A stretch of 64,000 nt of DNA from an uncultured Acidobacteriota bacterium (lineage in GTDB: Bacteria; Acidobacteriota; UBA6911; RPQK01; JAPXNP01), in assembly GCA_963777605.1 (NCBI GenBank), contig CAVZRV010000027.1, positions 1-64,000 of the forward strand, written 5' to 3'. This document shows positions 30,250-41,943 of the stretch, one piece after another. How positions within the stretch are numbered: the stretch's first letter is position 1; each line of letters starts with the position of its first letter. Made by a program: the position numbers and the translations under genes. Under the pieces are notes generated by a model. The model ran no database searches. It was not told the origin of the DNA and worked only from the letters and a program-made list of their open reading frames with translations.

Positions 30250-30335
30250 TTTCAGCCCTGGGTGAAGCACAGCGCCACCCAGGGGACCCGACCGCCTACC
30301 GCCTGGTGAATTGGGCGCCCTGGAAGGGCGCGCCC
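30250..30335. repeat. REP-like palindromes (CAGCCCTGGG...CCCAGGG; GCCCTGGAAGGGC)
   Basis: Same hairpin family as ~7855, ~46485 and ~52715. Confidence 0.6.
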
Positions 30336-30613
30336 CTTCGTTGTAGAGACAGGATCGTGTATCTGTTTGGTTCGTGAATACTTACGACAATTGCGTCGAT
30401 TAAGTTTCTCGGGGCTTGATTCCGCAGGCATTGTCATACGTCGATCCGACTCGGCTCATCAAAACCCGGAACATCCCGCGAATCTCCGGGTCGAGATCCT
30501 GGACCAGTCGAAACCTAAAGCCGATCGCCCCTCTTGCGCAATGCCCGCAATTGCTGTAGGTAAGAATGGTTGGAATTTGCCAACAGCTTCTTGAAATTGG
30601 GGAAAGGATCGTA

Positions 30614-32056
30614 ATGAGCGAGCAAGAACAGAGAAGTCGATCGTCTTCAAGGCGGGAGTTCCTCAGTACTGCGGCAGGTGCCATGGCAACAGCGTCCGTG
30701 GTCTCGGGTGCTGCGGCCACGTCAGCAAAAGGAAGCCCGTCAGCGTTGTCCAGCCAGCGGGTATTGGGGGCTAATGACCGCGTCAACCTGGGGTTCATTG
30801 GGAACGGAATGCAGTTTCACGGGCTTCTGGGACGGGCCTTCAATCGCAGGAAGAAAGAAGAGAACGATTTCGAGTACACCGCAATGTGCGACGTATGGGA
30901 ACCCAGGGTCAAATACGCGCAGGAACAGACCGGCGCTCTGAAAACCTACAGGGACTATCGCGAAGTCATTAACCGGCCCGATATCGACGCCGTCGTCGTG
31001 GCGGTGCCCGATCACTGGCACTTCCAGATCGCCAAGGAAGCCTGCGAGGCCGGCAAAGACGTCTACCTCGAAAAGCCGATGACCTACACGGTCGAGGAAG
31101 CCGCCGAACTCAACGACATCGTCAGAAAGACCGGGAAAATCCTTCAGGTCGGAGGTTCCGGTCCGGCGGATCGTCTCAACTGGCAGATTCGGGACTACAT
31201 CCAGGCCGGCAAGATGGGCAAGATTGTCTGGGGCCTGATCAGTTACAACCGGAACACCCGAGAGGGCATGTGGGACTACCCGATTCCGGGTGTCGGCAGC
31301 ACGTCCTGGCCGGATGCCAAAGTGAACCCGGGGCCGAGCGGAAACCTCGATTGGAAGATGTGGCTGGGATCGGCTCCGAGCCGGCCGTTCAGCGCAGATC
31401 GTTACTTCCGATGGAGAAAGTACTGGGACTACTCCGGAGGAAATGCCACTGATCTCCTCTATCACCGACTGGGAACCATGTCGACCATGATCGGATTCGA
31501 CTTCCCGACTCGCGTGACGGGAGCCGGCGGCATATACATCCAGAAGGACCGCGAAGTCCCCGATACCTACATGACGATGGTCGAGTATCCGGGCGACTAC
31601 TCCATCAACATGATTTCCTGCATGGCCAATTCCACGTCGGCTCCGCTGACCGTCTACGGCAACTGGGGGACGCTCGAGGTTCTGATGAGCCGGGCCCCCG
31701 TGGGCGATTCCATGGGGGACCTGTCGAAGGGAGACCGCCCGAGGGGGCGGCCGCGAATCTATGCCCAGATCAAGGCGGAAAGAACTTTCATGGACGAGTT
31801 CAAGGACGCCAACGACGGCAAGGAAGAGGTCACCATCGAGGCGGAACCGAGCACGGATCTGGTGGACAACTGGATTGAATGCCTGCGGACCCGGCAGGAC
31901 CCGGTCTACAACGTACTTCGCGGGTACCAGGTAATGGTTGCCATCAAACTGGGTGTCGAGTCCTATCGCCAAGGCCGAGTCATGGCTTTTGACTCGGAAA
32001 CGCGGCAGATGATCTATCCTCCCAAGCGGAAGGAATACCCTCCCGCAGACGCGTAG
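30614..32056 (+). CDS. Tat-exported Gfo/Idh/MocA oxidoreductase
   Basis: SSRREFL twin-arginine signal, LGANDRV, PDHWH, YLEKPM, WRKYWDYSGG. Confidence 0.92.
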   Translation: MSEQEQRSRSSSRREFLSTAAGAMATASVVSGAAATSAKGSPSALSSQRVLGANDRVNLGFIGNGMQFHGLLGRAFNRRKKEENDFEYTAMCDVWEPRVKYAQEQTGALKTYRDYREVINRPDIDAVVVAVPDHWHFQIAKEACEAGKDVYLEKPMTYTVEEAAELNDIVRKTGKILQVGGSGPADRLNWQIRDYIQAGKMGKIVWGLISYNRNTREGMWDYPIPGVGSTSWPDAKVNPGPSGNLDWKMWLGSAPSRPFSADRYFRWRKYWDYSGGNATDLLYHRLGTMSTMIGFDFPTRVTGAGGIYIQKDREVPDTYMTMVEYPGDYSINMISCMANSTSAPLTVYGNWGTLEVLMSRAPVGDSMGDLSKGDRPRGRPRIYAQIKAERTFMDEFKDANDGKEEVTIEAEPSTDLVDNWIECLRTRQDPVYNVLRGYQVMVAIKLGVESYRQGRVMAFDSETRQMIYPPKRKEYPPADA

Positions 32057-32145
32057 GGTCCACGAAACCAGGCCAGCCGCGCCCTGCCCGAGACGGAACG
32101 GGTGCGGCTGGCCTCGAGCAACCTGTTTAGTGATAGGATCTTGGC

Positions 32146-32442
32146 GTGACGTTGAACAGCTCTGATCGCCGCCAACTTCGATCCCTCGCCCACCCGCTGG
32201 AAGCCTCCGTCCAGATCGGCCAGCGAGGTCTCACCGATCCCGTTCTTGCGGAAATCGATCTGGCCTTGAATGCCCACGAGTTGATCAAGATCAGGTTCCG
32301 GGACTACAAGGATCAAAAGTCGTCTCTATGTGACCAGATCTCGGAGCGGCTGGCCTCTGAAACGGTCGGGATAGTCGGTCATATCGCCATCCTCTACCGT
32401 CAAAACCCCGACCCCGAAAAGCAGAAAATTCGCATCCGCTGA
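32146..32442 (+). CDS. yhbY: YhbY/CRS1 RNA-binding protein
   Basis: LRSLAHPL..VQIG..GLT, HELIKI, VGHIAILYR. Confidence 0.92.
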   Translation: MTLNSSDRRQLRSLAHPLEASVQIGQRGLTDPVLAEIDLALNAHELIKIRFRDYKDQKSSLCDQISERLASETVGIVGHIAILYRQNPDPEKQKIRIR

Positions 32443-32544
32443 GACTCGGGGCACCCTTCCGTCACACCGGTCGTCTAATCTGGATTCACCATTTGCCGAT
32501 ATTTGTCATCTGGGGGGGCAGGCCCGGTCAGGTGGGGGTGTAAG

Positions 32545-33777
32545 ATGACGCACGGCGATATATTTGTCGCTCGTCAGCCCATTTTTGATCGGGGGCGGCG
32601 AGTCACAGGGTACGAGCTTCTCTTCCGAAGTAGTCGGGAGAATGCGGCGGAGTTTGCCTGCCACCGAACGGCCACAAGCCGCGTGATTTCGGCCAGCTAC
32701 CTGGACATTGGTATCCACGAGTTGACGGCCGGTCTGCCCGCCTACATCAATTTCAGCAGGGATCTTCTGCTGGACGGGACAGCGGAAGTCCTGGAACCTC
32801 AGCAGGTCGTCATCGAGGTCCTCGAGGACGTCACCCCAGATCCGGAAGTAGTCAGCAGTATCCTGGAATTGAAGAACCGGGGTTTCCGAATTGCCCTGGA
32901 TGACTTCACCGGCCGGAATGCCTCGAGCGGACTGCTTCCCCTGGCCGACATTTTGAAGATCGATCTGCTCGAGGTCCCGGCTACTGAGGTAGGTCCCCTT
33001 GTGGAACGAATCCGATCCCGTGCCTCGCCGGGCGTGGTCCTGCTTGCAGAGAAAGTGGAAACCTATGCTCAGCTTTCGGACGCCAAGTTCCAGGATTTCG
33101 ACCTTTTCCAGGGGTATTTCTTCAGCAAACCGGAGGTGATTCAGGGTCCAAGGATCCCCGAGTCGAAGATCTCCCACCTCAAGCTCCTTCAGACTCTTCA
33201 AGCCCCTTCGATCACGGTCTCGGAAATGGAAGACATCATTAAGAGCGATGTTGCTCTCACCACGAAGCTCCTGAAGTACATCAACGCGGCCGCCTTTCCT
33301 TGGGCAAAGCGAATCCAGTCGGTCCGCCACGCACTGGTTCTCCTCGGCGAGTTGAATATTCGCAAGTGGACGGCAATCGTCGCGCTCTCGGAACTCTGTG
33401 CTGAGAAGCCGCGAGAGCTTGCATTGGCTTCAAGTTTCCGGGGCCGATTCTGCGAACTGGCCGGCCATTTGACCAAGTCCTCTCCTTACAACGAGTTGGA
33501 GCATTTTCTCCTCGGGGCGCTTTCAAATCTCGAGGCCATGCTGGACGTTCCCATGGAGCACGTTATCCGTCCACTGCCTATTTCGGATGCAGTAAAGGGA
33601 GCCTTGTGCGGAGAGAAGAGCATCCTGAAAGATCTCCTGGACACGGCCGCGTCCTACGAGAGGGGCGACTGGAACAGCCTCGGCGAATTGTGTCGCCGGA
33701 TCAACCTGCGAGAAAACGCCCTCCCCGAGATCTATCGGGATGCCCTGGTCTGGAGCGACCGGGTGCTCCGGATCTGA
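32545..33777 (+). CDS. EAL and HDOD domain protein (YuxH-like)
   Basis: VARQPI, GYELLFR, IALDDF, AEKVET, FQGYFF, KLLKYIN. Confidence 0.9.
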   Translation: MTHGDIFVARQPIFDRGRRVTGYELLFRSSRENAAEFACHRTATSRVISASYLDIGIHELTAGLPAYINFSRDLLLDGTAEVLEPQQVVIEVLEDVTPDPEVVSSILELKNRGFRIALDDFTGRNASSGLLPLADILKIDLLEVPATEVGPLVERIRSRASPGVVLLAEKVETYAQLSDAKFQDFDLFQGYFFSKPEVIQGPRIPESKISHLKLLQTLQAPSITVSEMEDIIKSDVALTTKLLKYINAAAFPWAKRIQSVRHALVLLGELNIRKWTAIVALSELCAEKPRELALASSFRGRFCELAGHLTKSSPYNELEHFLLGALSNLEAMLDVPMEHVIRPLPISDAVKGALCGEKSILKDLLDTAASYERGDWNSLGELCRRINLRENALPEIYRDALVWSDRVLRI

Positions 33778-33827
33778 ACCGGGTGGATTGCGCTATACTG
33801 CTCCATTCTTGAATTCTAGTGCACGGG

Positions 33828-35000
33828 ATGCAGCAGGACCCAGTGATTGAACAAGAGGTCGTCAAAGAGCGACTGCAGTCCATCAAGCGGATCGTAGTCA
33901 AAGTCGGAACCAACCTCCTCCGGGGAACCGACGAGGGACTGAACCTGAATTTCATGGACTGCCTGGCCCGCCAGGTCGGCGCCGTCCGGTCCAGGGGCGT
34001 TGACGTAATCCTGGTTTCGTCGGGCGCTGTCGGCGCCGGTGCTTACGAACTGGGTTTTGACCAGCCGCCCTCCGAAACCAATGTCCGCCAGGCATTGGCG
34101 GCTGTCGGGCAGTCGCGGCTGATGCACCATTACAAGCAGGTCTTCTCGCGCCATGACATCAAGGTCGCCCAAGTTCTCCTCACTCGCGACAGCCTCGACC
34201 ACAGGAAGCGTTACCTCAACGCCCGCAACGCTTTTGAGACACTGCTCTCCTGGGATGTCCTGCCCATCGTCAATGAAAACGACACCATCGCAATCGAGGA
34301 ACTCAAGTTCGGGGACAACGATCAACTGGCTGCATTGATTGCCGGAAAGATTGATGCCGACCTGCTGATCATCCTGACCGACGTGCAGGGCATCTTCGAT
34401 CGCCCCCCGTCCCTGCCAGACGCCCAGCGAATCCCCTTTCTTCAACTCGATCAGCAGGCAACGATCGAAATCGGTGAGGGAGGCGCCAGCGCCTTCGGCT
34501 TGGGAGGCATGCGAAGCAAGCTGGAAGCAGCTCGATTGGCGACAACAGCCGGGATCCTGACCTTTATTGGTCCCGGCCGAACCGACGAAATTCTCCTCCG
34601 CATCCTCGACGGCGAGAATCTCGGCACCTGGTGTGAACCCTATCGGAAGCGGATTTCGGCCCGCAAGCGGTGGCTCGCCCTCGGAAAACGCAGGGGAGAG
34701 GGGCGAATCTACATCGATGCCGGTGCCGAGAAGGCCCTCCGAACAGGGGGCAAAAGCCTGCTCCCCTCAGGCGTCTCCCGGGTTGAGGGTGACTTCCATC
34801 AGGGAGACCTGATAAGGGTCTACGGTGCTCCGCTCAAGGAAATCGCCGTCGGGCTCTCACAGTACTCGGCGGAGGAATTGCAGGCCGTGCTGGGGCTGAA
34901 GACTCCCGAGGTCCAGCGCCTGCTTGGCGAGAGGCAAAACCTTGAAGTGATCCACCGGGACGACATGGTCGTCTTCGACGAAGGACTGGATAATGGCTGA
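33828..35000 (+). CDS. proB: Glutamate 5-kinase
   Basis: RIVVKVGT, VSSGAVGAG, NENDT, FGDND, GGMRSK, PUA domain. Confidence 0.97.
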   Translation: MQQDPVIEQEVVKERLQSIKRIVVKVGTNLLRGTDEGLNLNFMDCLARQVGAVRSRGVDVILVSSGAVGAGAYELGFDQPPSETNVRQALAAVGQSRLMHHYKQVFSRHDIKVAQVLLTRDSLDHRKRYLNARNAFETLLSWDVLPIVNENDTIAIEELKFGDNDQLAALIAGKIDADLLIILTDVQGIFDRPPSLPDAQRIPFLQLDQQATIEIGEGGASAFGLGGMRSKLEAARLATTAGILTFIGPGRTDEILLRILDGENLGTWCEPYRKRISARKRWLALGKRRGEGRIYIDAGAEKALRTGGKSLLPSGVSRVEGDFHQGDLIRVYGAPLKEIAVGLSQYSAEELQAVLGLKTPEVQRLLGERQNLEVIHRDDMVVFDEGLDNG

Positions 35001-36261
35001 CGAATTCTCCATCGAAGCGATGATCCGCAACGTCTGCCGGGCTGCCCGCAAGGCGTGGCATGATATGGCCGAACTCCAACCGGATGCCAAAGAGCAGGCC
35101 CTCAGGAAGATGGCGACAGTGATTCGGGATCATCGGTTAAAGATCCAGCGGGCAAATCAGCGTGATCTCGAGGCGGGCCGCGAACGGGACTTGAGCGCTG
35201 CGATGCTCGATCGCCTCGAACTGACCGACTCCCGAATTGAAGGAATGGCTGCTGGACTCGAAGAGATTGCGGCCATGCCCGATCCGGTCGGCGAGGTAGT
35301 CTCCCAGACTCGGCGGCCCGGTGGCCTGGAAGTCGGTCGAGTCCGTATTCCCCTGGGAGTCGTGACCATCATCTACGAATCCCGTCCCAACGTTACGGCT
35401 GATGCCGCCGGACTCTGCTTCAAGGCGGGCAACGCCACGATTCTGAGGGGAGGCTCCGAGGCGATTCACTCCAACCTCGAAATTGCCCGCTCCGTTCGAA
35501 AGGCGCTGTCCGACTGCAGGATCAATCCCGACGCCGTCCAGGTTATCGATACGCCGTCCCGGGACGCGGTGGGCTGTCTCCTACGCCAGAGTGACATGAT
35601 CGACGTGGTGATTCCGCGCGGGGGAAAGAGCCTGATCCAGCGAGTCGTGGAAGAATCGACGGTTCCCGTGATCAAGCACTACGAGGGGATCTGCCATCTC
35701 TACGTTCACTCCGAGGCCGACCTGGACATGGCCCTGCGGATCGTCGTGAATGCGAAGGCCCAGCGACCCGGGACCTGCAATGCAATGGAGACTTTGCTGG
35801 TTGACCGGGCCGTTGCGGGCGTATTCCTTCCCCTCCTGGGAGCTGAATTCGAGCGCCTCGGGATCGGGGTGTACGGCTGCCCCGAAACAGCTACCCTCAT
35901 GACGGTAACGGCGGAGGCATCCGAGGAGAATTACCGGACTGAGTACCTGTCGATGACCTGTAACGTCCGCATTGTCTCCGGATTGGACCAGGCCGTCGAA
36001 CACATTGAGCAGTTTGGTTCGAACCACACCGAATCGATCGTCACGCGCTCCTATGCGGCCGCCCGCAAATTTGTCCGGGTGGTGGACTCTTCTTCAGTTA
36101 TGGTGAATGCGAGCACCCGGCTGGCAGATGGCGGAGTGTACGGCCTCGGAGCGGAGATCGGGATCAGCACGGACAAGCTCCACGCCTACGGCCCGATGGG
36201 GGTCAAGGAACTGACGGCGTGTAAATTCGTCGTTTTCGGAGACGGACACCTTCGCGAATGA
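34993..36261 (+). CDS. proA: Glutamate-5-semialdehyde dehydrogenase
   Basis: IYESRPNVT, LRGGSEA, CNAMETLL, GAEIGISTDKLHAYGPMG. Confidence 0.97.
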   Translation: MADEFSIEAMIRNVCRAARKAWHDMAELQPDAKEQALRKMATVIRDHRLKIQRANQRDLEAGRERDLSAAMLDRLELTDSRIEGMAAGLEEIAAMPDPVGEVVSQTRRPGGLEVGRVRIPLGVVTIIYESRPNVTADAAGLCFKAGNATILRGGSEAIHSNLEIARSVRKALSDCRINPDAVQVIDTPSRDAVGCLLRQSDMIDVVIPRGGKSLIQRVVEESTVPVIKHYEGICHLYVHSEADLDMALRIVVNAKAQRPGTCNAMETLLVDRAVAGVFLPLLGAEFERLGIGVYGCPETATLMTVTAEASEENYRTEYLSMTCNVRIVSGLDQAVEHIEQFGSNHTESIVTRSYAAARKFVRVVDSSSVMVNASTRLADGGVYGLGAEIGISTDKLHAYGPMGVKELTACKFVVFGDGHLRE

Positions 36262-36268
36262 GCTTGCA

Positions 36269-38931
36269 TTATAGAGGCAGCCAGTAGTTCAGTTTGACCA
36301 GGAATACGTTCTCAGGCGGTGTCGAGAAGAGATTCCCGAGGTTGTGCCCGAGAGATTCATTGGTCACTCCTTCGAACAGGGACCTTCCCTGGGTCCAGAC
36401 GACGTAGACTACCGATCCCGGCGTGTATTCCCAGCGCGCCACGAGATTGGAGCGAAATTCCCGGAAATTGAAGTCGGGGTTCGCAATCGAATAGTCGAAG
36501 TTCCCGTCCCCAGTCTCGTCGAAGTAGTATCTGCGGTCGGCCTGGTCGTAGGAGATTCGGTCGCCCTGAAAAACTTCGAATCGCTGGTTGAAGTCGTTGG
36601 CCCGCGGATCGGTGAACCTTTTGAACCGAGAGTAAATGCCGGTAGAAACGTACGGGTTGCCGAAGTACTGGATCGTAAACTCCGGGGTGACGGCGAAGTC
36701 GAGGCGGAATGTCAATCCCAGTGTCCTCTGATCGATATTCGCCACCAGGTCCCGTCGATCCCCCTCGAAGTCTGTGCGCTCCACATATTGAAAAATGTCG
36801 TGGTTTAACGAGTACTCGGCCGAAGTTGAAAAGAGGAGGGGGTTCCGAATCCGAAAGCTCACTCCCGGAGAGAACCGCTTGAAGCTCGATTCCCGGTTGT
36901 CGTAACGGTGAGCGTGATAATTGAACTGAAAGCTGACTCTGCGGGAGTTGTCGGTCTCAAGCGTGGTATTGGATGACCAGAATCCGAGCAGTTTGACCCC
37001 AGGCCCTCCCCGCAGCAGCCGGGTGTCGAGCGAATCGCCGATCCGTGCGAGTTGGGCTGTAGCGGCCCACTTGTTCTTGAAGACGACCTCGACAGCACCG
37101 GAAACCGTCGGCCTCAGGAAGTCACCGGAGAAATCCCACTGCGCCTCCTGCTGGAATTCCAGGGTATACTCCCGGAAGATCCCCTTCGGTTCGGTGTAAA
37201 CGTAGGCCACTGAGGTCTCCTGGTCTACCGTGTCGGCGATCCGCAGGTAGCCAAGGTCGTTCAACTCCAGTCCGGGGGACCGCCAGCTCACCGTCTCGTG
37301 GAACCGCCAGGGGCCATTAGCTCCTTTCCGACCTCGATCTCACCGCCATGACCCTGAAGGCTCGTCCGGTTCGGGTCGAGTCGAACGTGTTCGGCATCCG
37401 GCCGCTGGAAGTAGCGGGCCGAAGCCTCCTGAAGCTGCAAGATCGATTCACGGCTTCCTCGAACGTCACTGAAGAGGACCTTGGCATCGAAGAAGTAGGT
37501 CTTGTCTTTCCAATGATGGCGAAAATCGAGGCCGCCCGCGTTGGCGTCGGCGGGAAGAAACTCGAGTTGCGGGTCATCAATACCCCGATGGGTTGACGTG
37601 AACATCCCGCCGAAGATCGTGTTGCTGCCGTTGAAATCCTTCTGGACTCTTCCAACAGCGTAATTGGACAAGGGAGCCACGTTTTCAGTTCTCGAAGTCC
37701 CCCCCGGAGAGAGAATGTCGGCCGACTCCTTGGAAGTGATGCCATCGATCACTCCGACGGAGAGACCACCTGCGGTCTTTCCGGTCAGTTTCACAGCCCC
37801 CAGTATGGAGGTGCTGGCGGGGGCTCTCACGAATTCCGAGTTCGGATCCACCACGGGTTCGTACCGCGGGGCTTCTCCGATTCTCCGGGAATAGAAAAGA
37901 AGGTCATCCCCTAAATCGAAATCGAAGATGGTCTTCCCCTCAAGAAAGAACGGTCGCTTCTCTTCATAGAAAGTCTCGAACGCGGTGATATTCAGCACCG
38001 ACGGATCGACTTCAACCTGCCCGAAGTCAGGGTTGACGGTAAAGTCGAGGGTGAACGCACTGTTCAACCCCAGCTTCCCGTCGAGCCCGGCCGATCCGGT
38101 CCAGTCGGTACGGTTCCGCGTGGAGGTGAAGAAATCGGGAGCAGACTTCACCTCGCCCAATACGTACGGAAGGAGCTCAATTCGCCGGCTTTTCGGAATC
38201 CCGTGAATTCCGTGCAACTCCCCAATGGAATACAAGTGCCCCGGGTTGTCCCTCCCGATCAGGTTCCACTGGTCCTCCTCACGGTTGCGATTGATCCATC
38301 GCCAGGAATGAAGCCCCCAGACCTGGACGTCCCTGTCGGAGTATCGCAACTGGCTCAAGGGTATTCTCATCTCTGCAGTCCAGGCCCCCGGCTCGCTTCC
38401 AACCGCTCCGTACCAGACCGGATCCCAACTCGTGTCCCAACCATCGTTCCTCAGGATGAGATCAACCTTTGCGCCGGCTGCCGTGAGATCAAACTCGAAC
38501 CCCGTGCGATGATCAAAATAGCTGTCGAAACAGACGCCGATGACATCACCCTCGATGGCGTCCCGCCGGCCGAGCTTACGATCAATTTTGTCAGGTTCAG
38601 TGTCGAAGGCCCGGAAGGCAACGTAGACGTTCTGGTCGTCGTAAAGGATCTTGATCTCGGTCTCCTGCGAGGGGGGACCACCGTCTACTGGCATGAACTG
38701 CTGGTACCCACGCGACCAGATTCCCTCTTCCCAGCAGGGATCGGTCAGCGTGCCATCGATCTTGGGAGGCTCACCAACCAGGCGCTGGGTATAGTAGATC
38801 CGCTTTCCCTCCGGGGTTCGCGGATCCTTTTCGTTGCCCGAAGCCACATCCTGGAAACCAAACGCCGGAGAAGCGGACAGAACCGTCACGCCCACCGACC
38901 AGACAACAGCTCGAAACCAGCTCAAATTCAT
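36269..38931 (-). pseudogene. DUF5916 / CBM9-like outer-membrane protein split by one frameshift (~37322)
   Basis: PKIDG, NPDFGQVEVD, FYEEKRPFF, LFYSRRIG. Adding one base at GGAAAGGAG joins the two ORFs (GKGANGPWRFHETVSWRSPG..NDLGY). Possibly an assembly indel. Confidence 0.75.
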
Positions 38932-39210
38932 CTTTCAGCATCCACTCGAGCACCAGACCAGGCAACGATCGACCACTTGCTCAATGACCTGCTCTCGCTG
39001 ATCGTTTCCGAAAGGAGTCGTCCCAACCGCCACCCTCACATCGTCCGAACCTGAACCGAATGTCAACTTCATCGGTCATGGGATTCTACCAATTGAATCA
39101 AGGTCGCACCTGCATTTTTCGGAAGATTTCCCAGGGTCCAGCCAGCCCGACCGGCGGCGGTGTGGAGATCATTCACCGGCTGACCGATGCAAGCCAACGC
39201 CCCCGAACGA

Positions 39211-40857
39211 TCATCTCCGTTCGAGCTTGAACCAGAGAAACGCGTGCGGTCCTGGAGTCAGAAAGTACGGGAGCTCGCCGATTCGCGGAAACTCGTTCCG
39301 CCCAATCATCTCAACCGGAGTCATCCCTTCGTAACGCGACAGGTCGAGCTCCACCGGCTGGGCGAACCTGGACAGGTTGGAAATAACCAGAATGATCTCG
39401 TCGTCCAGTCGGCGGATAAAGACGAGGACACGACGGTTTGACGGTTTGAGAAACTCCATGGTCCCGCGGGAGAATGCCCGATAGCGCCGTCGCAACCCGA
39501 TCAGTCTCCGCATGAACTGGAGGAGCGAGGAAGAATTTCGCTCCTGGGCTTCCACGTTGACGGCCTGAAAGCCGTAAACCGGGTCCATGATCACCGGCAG
39601 GTAGAGCCGCGCCGGATCCGCCTTCGAAAAGCCGGCATTGCGGTCCCCGGTCCACTGCATCGGAGTTCGAACGCCGTCCCGGTCGCCCAGGAATATATTG
39701 TCCCCCATGCCGATCTCATCCCCGTAGTAGATCACCGGTGTCCCAGGCAGTGAAAGCAGCAGGCTGCTGAGCAGTTCGGCCCGTCGTCGGCTCTTGTCCA
39801 GCAGGGGAGCCAGACGCCTCCGGATCCCGACATTCAGCCTCATCCGGCTGTCGCCAGCAAATTCGGAATACATGTAGTCCCGCTCTTCGTCAGTGACCAT
39901 TTCGAGCGTGAGTTCATCGTGGTTTCGCAGGAAAAGCGCCCACTGGCAAGTCTCTGGAATTTCCGGAGTTCGTTCCAGAATCTCCGTGATCGGTCTGCGA
40001 TCTTCCTGGCGGAGCGCCATGAAGATCCGCGGCATGAGCGGAAAATGAAACGCCATATGGCACTCATCTCCGTCTCCAAAATAGGGGCGGACGTCCTCAG
40101 GCCACTGGTTGGCTTCGGCAAGCAGCATCCGGTTCGAGTAATTGGCGTCGATTTCACGACGCAATCGCTTGATCACCTCGTGCGTCTCGGGAAGGTTCTC
40201 GCAATTAGTCCCATCCCGTTCCACCAGGTACGGCACGGCATCCAGCCGGAGCCCGTCCACGCCCATATCGAGCCAGTAACGAAGGGCCTTGATAATCGAC
40301 CGGATCACCGCCGGGTTGTCGAAGTTCAAGTCGGGTTGATGGGCGAAGAACCGATGCCAGTAGTAAGCTTCGGCCTCGGAATCCCAGGTCCAATTTGACT
40401 TCTCCGTGTCGGTGAAGATGATTCGGGCATCCCGGTATCGGGTATCGGTGTCACTCCAGACGTAGTAATTTCGGTACGACGTGCCCGGCCCCGACCGGCG
40501 GGCCCGCTGGAACCAGGGGTGCTGGTCGGAGGTGTGGTTGATCACGAGTTCGGTGATCACCCTGAGGTTTCTGCGGTGCGCCTCGCGAACGAAACGCCTG
40601 AAATCCTGCAATGTCCCGTAATCGGGATGAACCCCCCGGTAGTCGGCAATATCGTAGCCGTCATCTTTCAGCGGTGAAGGATAGAACGGCAGCAGCCAGA
40701 TTGTATTGATTCCCAGACTTTCGATGTAATCGAGCTTCTGGATCAGCCCGCGGAAGTCTCCACGACCGTCGTTGCTGGCGTCAAAGAACGCCTTCACGTG
40801 AAGCTCGTAGATGATGGCATCCTTGTACCAGAGCGGGTCCTCTCCAAATTTGTCCAT
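39211..40857 (-). CDS. treS: Trehalose synthase (maltose alpha-D-glucosyltransferase)
   Basis: [48 protein letters not shown]; no maltokinase fusion. Confidence 0.95.
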   Translation of the reverse strand: MDKFGEDPLWYKDAIIYELHVKAFFDASNDGRGDFRGLIQKLDYIESLGINTIWLLPFYPSPLKDDGYDIADYRGVHPDYGTLQDFRRFVREAHRRNLRVITELVINHTSDQHPWFQRARRSGPGTSYRNYYVWSDTDTRYRDARIIFTDTEKSNWTWDSEAEAYYWHRFFAHQPDLNFDNPAVIRSIIKALRYWLDMGVDGLRLDAVPYLVERDGTNCENLPETHEVIKRLRREIDANYSNRMLLAEANQWPEDVRPYFGDGDECHMAFHFPLMPRIFMALRQEDRRPITEILERTPEIPETCQWALFLRNHDELTLEMVTDEERDYMYSEFAGDSRMRLNVGIRRRLAPLLDKSRRRAELLSSLLLSLPGTPVIYYGDEIGMGDNIFLGDRDGVRTPMQWTGDRNAGFSKADPARLYLPVIMDPVYGFQAVNVEAQERNSSSLLQFMRRLIGLRRRYRAFSRGTMEFLKPSNRRVLVFIRRLDDEIILVISNLSRFAQPVELDLSRYEGMTPVEMIGRNEFPRIGELPYFLTPGPHAFLWFKLERR

Positions 40858-41209
40858 TACGCCCTCACGATCGGCCAGCCTCCCCGCGCAAGGCTGGGTA
40901 GCCTGCCACGAACACTCATTTCAAGCCCAAGCTGCTATGGTCCTGGAAAATCTCGCAAAACACGAGAAAGGTAGGACTTAAACCTATAATTTACAATATT
41001 TTATAGAAATTCTAGCGCTTGAACCCTCGGTTCGTCAAGTCAAGGTCTGATTTGCCGAAGGTCCGAGCGGATCAAGGATAAAGACTGAGTTTACCCGATA
41101 ATCCGACTTGAATGGGCAAAGGATTAGTTCACTCGGCGGCCGAAGCCGTTGATGAACGCCCGATGTTGATAGCTGCCTCAAAACGTTCGATAACCGAGAG
41201 CACAGCTCG

Positions 41210-41915
41210 TCAGAACCTCAACTGCGTATCGATCCGAGAGCCTGAGCGCCGACTCAGCAGAACATGGCTAAAAGCCATTCCAATGAACACTGGAACAACT
41301 ACCCAGCTTAGCACTCTCAGAGCAGGCAAAGAAGGAGCATAGTCGGCTCCAAAGACCAACAACAGCAGCGGTTTTCCAAACACGAACAGGAAGCCGGCGA
41401 TCGGAATTGAAACCGAAATCATGAGCAACAGCGACCGGCGGAAGAGCCGCTTAAATCGGAGACTGGCTCCGGGTAATGCTGCAAAAGAAGGGAGCACAGC
41501 ACTGAAGATGCCAAGCGGTATGTTGTTAAGTGCTTGGGGAATCCGAGCGACGGCCGCATAGATCCCGGCGTCGTAGGGCGCAGCCAGAAACGTCAAGAAG
41601 GAGACCGCAATGCGACTTGACACACTTTGGAACAGGGTCGCCAACCCAAACAGCGCCAAGGGCCACCTTCAACCCCATCAAAAGCGAGAGAATCTCACTT
41701 GACCGGCCAGGTTCTGACGAAATCAACCTCAGTGCCGTGTTGTGAATGCCCAAATCCCCACCGATGAGCAGCATCTGCACGATACTCCATCCAAATGAAT
41801 AGAGTCCAAAATCATGGGGACCCAACGCTCTGGCAAGAACGACCATAAAGATCGTCGGGATCACCAACGTGATCCCGAAAGCCGTCATTTGAGCAACCGC
41901 ATTTACAGCTATCAT
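41210..41915 (-). pseudogene. Wzx-like flippase remnant (internal deletion)
   Basis: N-terminus LARALGPHDFGLYSF..GDLGI is joined out of frame to a late segment AGIYAAVARI..FSAVLP..VFGADY; far shorter than a full flippase. Confidence 0.7.
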
Positions 41916-41943
41916 CAGCGCTAAATTACGAGAATAGCCTAAG

